From UHGV virus genome UHGV-0132893: a stretch of 64,000 bases of DNA; one strand, written 5' to 3'. This DNA comes from a virus. This document shows positions 61,886 through 64,000 of this stretch, piece after piece. Each line of letters begins with the position of its first letter. Position 1 is the first letter of the stretch. Under the pieces are notes generated by a model. It was given only the letters and a program-made list of their open reading frames with translations. It did no database searches and was not told where the DNA came from. Position numbers and translations under genes: made by a program.

Positions 61886-62339
61886 AGAAGTAGTGCAAAG
61901 AGCAATGCTTGACAATTCTACTAAAGATGAGATGTACACAGAAATTTGTGATAAGTTGAACTGCTCAAGACATGCTGCTAAGGTTCTTGTACATTGTTTT
62001 ATTTGGGAATGCTCAGAAGCTTATATGAAACACGTAGCTTTTGAGAGTTCTCATTTACTCGGTGATGCAAAAATAGGTGTAGCACTAAAAGAGCCTGAGA
62101 TGAAAACAGTACCTAAAGTTGGTAATGTGTATAAACTAAAAAATTTTATTACAGGCGAGATTGTTGCAGAAGGTGAAGTGCAACAGGTTTATCATGATGG
62201 TAAATATCTGTTTAAGATATTCGAGTATGATAGTCGTTACAGACACTTATGTGGGATTACATTTTTAGTTTCAGAAGATGACCTCATCAAGAACAATAGT
62301 AATAAATTCGCAGTACCAGAATATCAAGTTTTACGATAA
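61875..62339 (+). CDS. hypothetical protein
   Basis: 154-aa ORF. Confidence 0.45.
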   Translation: MKIKEVVQRAMLDNSTKDEMYTEICDKLNCSRHAAKVLVHCFIWECSEAYMKHVAFESSHLLGDAKIGVALKEPEMKTVPKVGNVYKLKNFITGEIVAEGEVQQVYHDGKYLFKIFEYDSRYRHLCGITFLVSEDDLIKNNSNKFAVPEYQVLR

Positions 62340-62352
62340 TGGTGTGATAGAT

Positions 62353-62901
62353 ATGGAAAAAGATAACTTAAAAGAAGTTGAAGGTAACTACTTAGTACTT
62401 GACTGGAAGGATGTTCGGGAAGCACTCTCCGAAGAAAATCTTGACTGGTTCGAACAAATTATCTTTGCAGTACGGCATAACCGAGAAGTTGAAAATGGTA
62501 AAGAGCCACTTGAAGGAATCTTTGTAGAAAGGTCTTATCCATTCTATGAAGACACTTTGCAGAAAGTTAAGATGTACTTTAAACAGAAGAACCGTAAAGT
62601 GGTCACTATGGTATCTCTTGGTGGACAGAGTATGTCTGTGATGGAAGATATCAACCCTAAGAGACCGAGTAAAGGCGTTTGTATAAAAATCACAGGTCAT
62701 GAAGAGTATATCTCAGTAGATGACTTTAGAGCATTCTGTAGTGGTTCTTGTGTCTTTAATGGTTTTCACTATGATATCCGAGTGTACCCAATCAAGGGAG
62801 ATGATATCATGATGCAGGTATTCGATAATAACAATGGATTTACTCATTTTTATCAGACAACCAAGTCATCATTGAAAACAGTTCTGGAAACACTGATTTA
62901 A
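62353..62901 (+). CDS. hypothetical protein
   Basis: ORF track 62278..62901; internal ATG 62353 avoids 61-nt overlap with upstream gene. Confidence 0.4.
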   Translation: MEKDNLKEVEGNYLVLDWKDVREALSEENLDWFEQIIFAVRHNREVENGKEPLEGIFVERSYPFYEDTLQKVKMYFKQKNRKVVTMVSLGGQSMSVMEDINPKRPSKGVCIKITGHEEYISVDDFRAFCSGSCVFNGFHYDIRVYPIKGDDIMMQVFDNNNGFTHFYQTTKSSLKTVLETLI

Positions 62902-62911
62902 AATATCTTAA

Positions 62912-62937
62912 GAGCCTCCTTAATCGGGGGCTTTTTA
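62912..62937 (+). terminator. terminator-like hairpin
   Basis: gagcctcc...gggggct imperfect stem followed by TTTTT. Confidence 0.35.
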
Positions 62938-62949
62938 ATTTTTATAAAA

Positions 62950-64000
62950 TTTATCGGTTGTCCCAACCGCTGGGTCACCATCATATGTGAATAAAATATC
63001 TACCCTTCTTAACAACCTTCTTAATCTTACTCTCTATATAGTTATATAGTACTATATAGTATCTTAGTATCTATCTAGTGGTCTTAATAGCCCCTCTGTA
63101 TAGCCCTTCTAAACACTCTTCTAACAAGCCTTCTTAACAACCTATACAATCACCTTAACCATCTCTCTACACCCTCTTAGAAGCTCCTATACACCTCTTA
63201 ATCTCTAGGTTAGCTATGTTACCCTCTATAGGTGTTCACTAGGCACTACTAAGCCTCTATATAGACTGTTTTAACAAACTTAACAGGAATATCTTTACAG
63301 ACCTTATCTCACAAGGTCTAACACGGTACTAACAAGGTATCTTATAAGCCTGTTTCTACCTGTATTTTTAAAAGACTGTCTAGGTAATTATTCAGAATTT
63401 TAAAATTTTTATAAAATAGGACTATCAAGTCATTTTTTAGGGTCTTTGAAGGGACTGAAAAATATCTGTAGAAGATGTATATCTGCTTGGTAGCCCTTAA
63501 CAGCCCTGTAACATCCCCTTTGCAAAATTTTAAAATATCCTTAACAATCTCTTAACAACTCTCTCAAGCTCTTAACAACTCTTCAAAAGTCTTAACAGAT
63601 TCTTAACAGAACTAACAAGGCTGTAACAGTTTTCTAACAAGTGCTGAATAGTCTTTACAGAATCTTAACAGATAACTAACGAGAGCTAACAAGTTAATTT
63701 TAAAGAGTTATTTTGTAGGGATAATTAACAAGTTCCTAACAAGTGTTTAATCTTTTTAACAAGCTATTAACATGGTCACTATCTCTTTTCTTATCGTTCC
63801 CTTTCCCTCTTAGTGATTCTCTAAATAGCCCTCTTAAAAGCTCTCTATAGCTCCTTGTAAGCTCTTTTAAGTCTCTTCCTAGTAATTACACCCCAACTAT
63901 ACAGACACCTCTTTATAGGGCTTTACAGAGGCTTTAAAGGCTATGCTAAAGACTCTTACAAGGCTTTTACGTGGTCTTAACAGAGATTTAACAAGGGGCT
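62950..64000. repeat. ORF-free array of short motifs: about 25 copies of CTTAACA(A/G)/CTAACAAG, plus TATATAGT and CTCTATAG copies
   Basis: e.g. cttaacaact at 63552 and 63571, cttaacagat at 63590; tatatagt x3 at 63036-63060; plus strand G-poor; no ORF >60 aa. Confidence 0.7.

Noticed and set aside
62950-64000. Possible CRISPR array in the right-end repeat region
   Set aside because: Repeats are 7-9 bp with irregular 10-19-bp spacing, not 24-48-bp direct repeats with unique spacers; no cas genes in the window.

Overview
64-kb window from a virulent tailed bacteriophage genome; no integrase, repressor or transposase was recognised. Everything here is read by eye from the sequence and the ORF track, with no database search or tRNA/RNA-folding software, so product names rest on remembered family motifs.

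Layout: (1) 1-23 kb, both strands: nucleotide metabolism and replication genes (nrdB/nrdA, FEN-type 5'-3' exonuclease, GIY-YIG nuclease, T7 gp4-like primase-helicase, dNMP kinase-like P-loop protein, family-A DNA polymerase, ATP-dependent DNA ligase, DHFR, thymidylate synthase) plus many small tightly packed ORFs. (2) 23.6-46.9 kb, minus strand: a complete myovirus-type structural module (large terminase, portal, S49 prohead protease-scaffold, major capsid, neck proteins, sheath, tube, frameshift-type chaperone pair, tape measure, Mu/P2-like baseplate, two tail fibres with GxHxH repeats). (3) 47.1-52.4 kb: a minus-strand array of about 27 tRNA genes with embedded ORFs and structured non-tRNA spacers, followed by a vWA-domain protein. 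(4) 54.6-62.9 kb, plus strand: small early-type ORFs, an Ig-like-domain protein, a GH24 lysozyme and a perfect 849-bp tandem duplication. (5) 62.9-64.0 kb: an ORF-free array of short motifs.

The most unusual items are four ~140-bp elements made of GGTNN pentamer arrays with covarying terminal hairpins that bracket a two-gene cassette (17.7-19.4 kb), and the right-end motif array. Gene content resembles Felix O1-type or related lytic myoviruses, but that is an untested inference.
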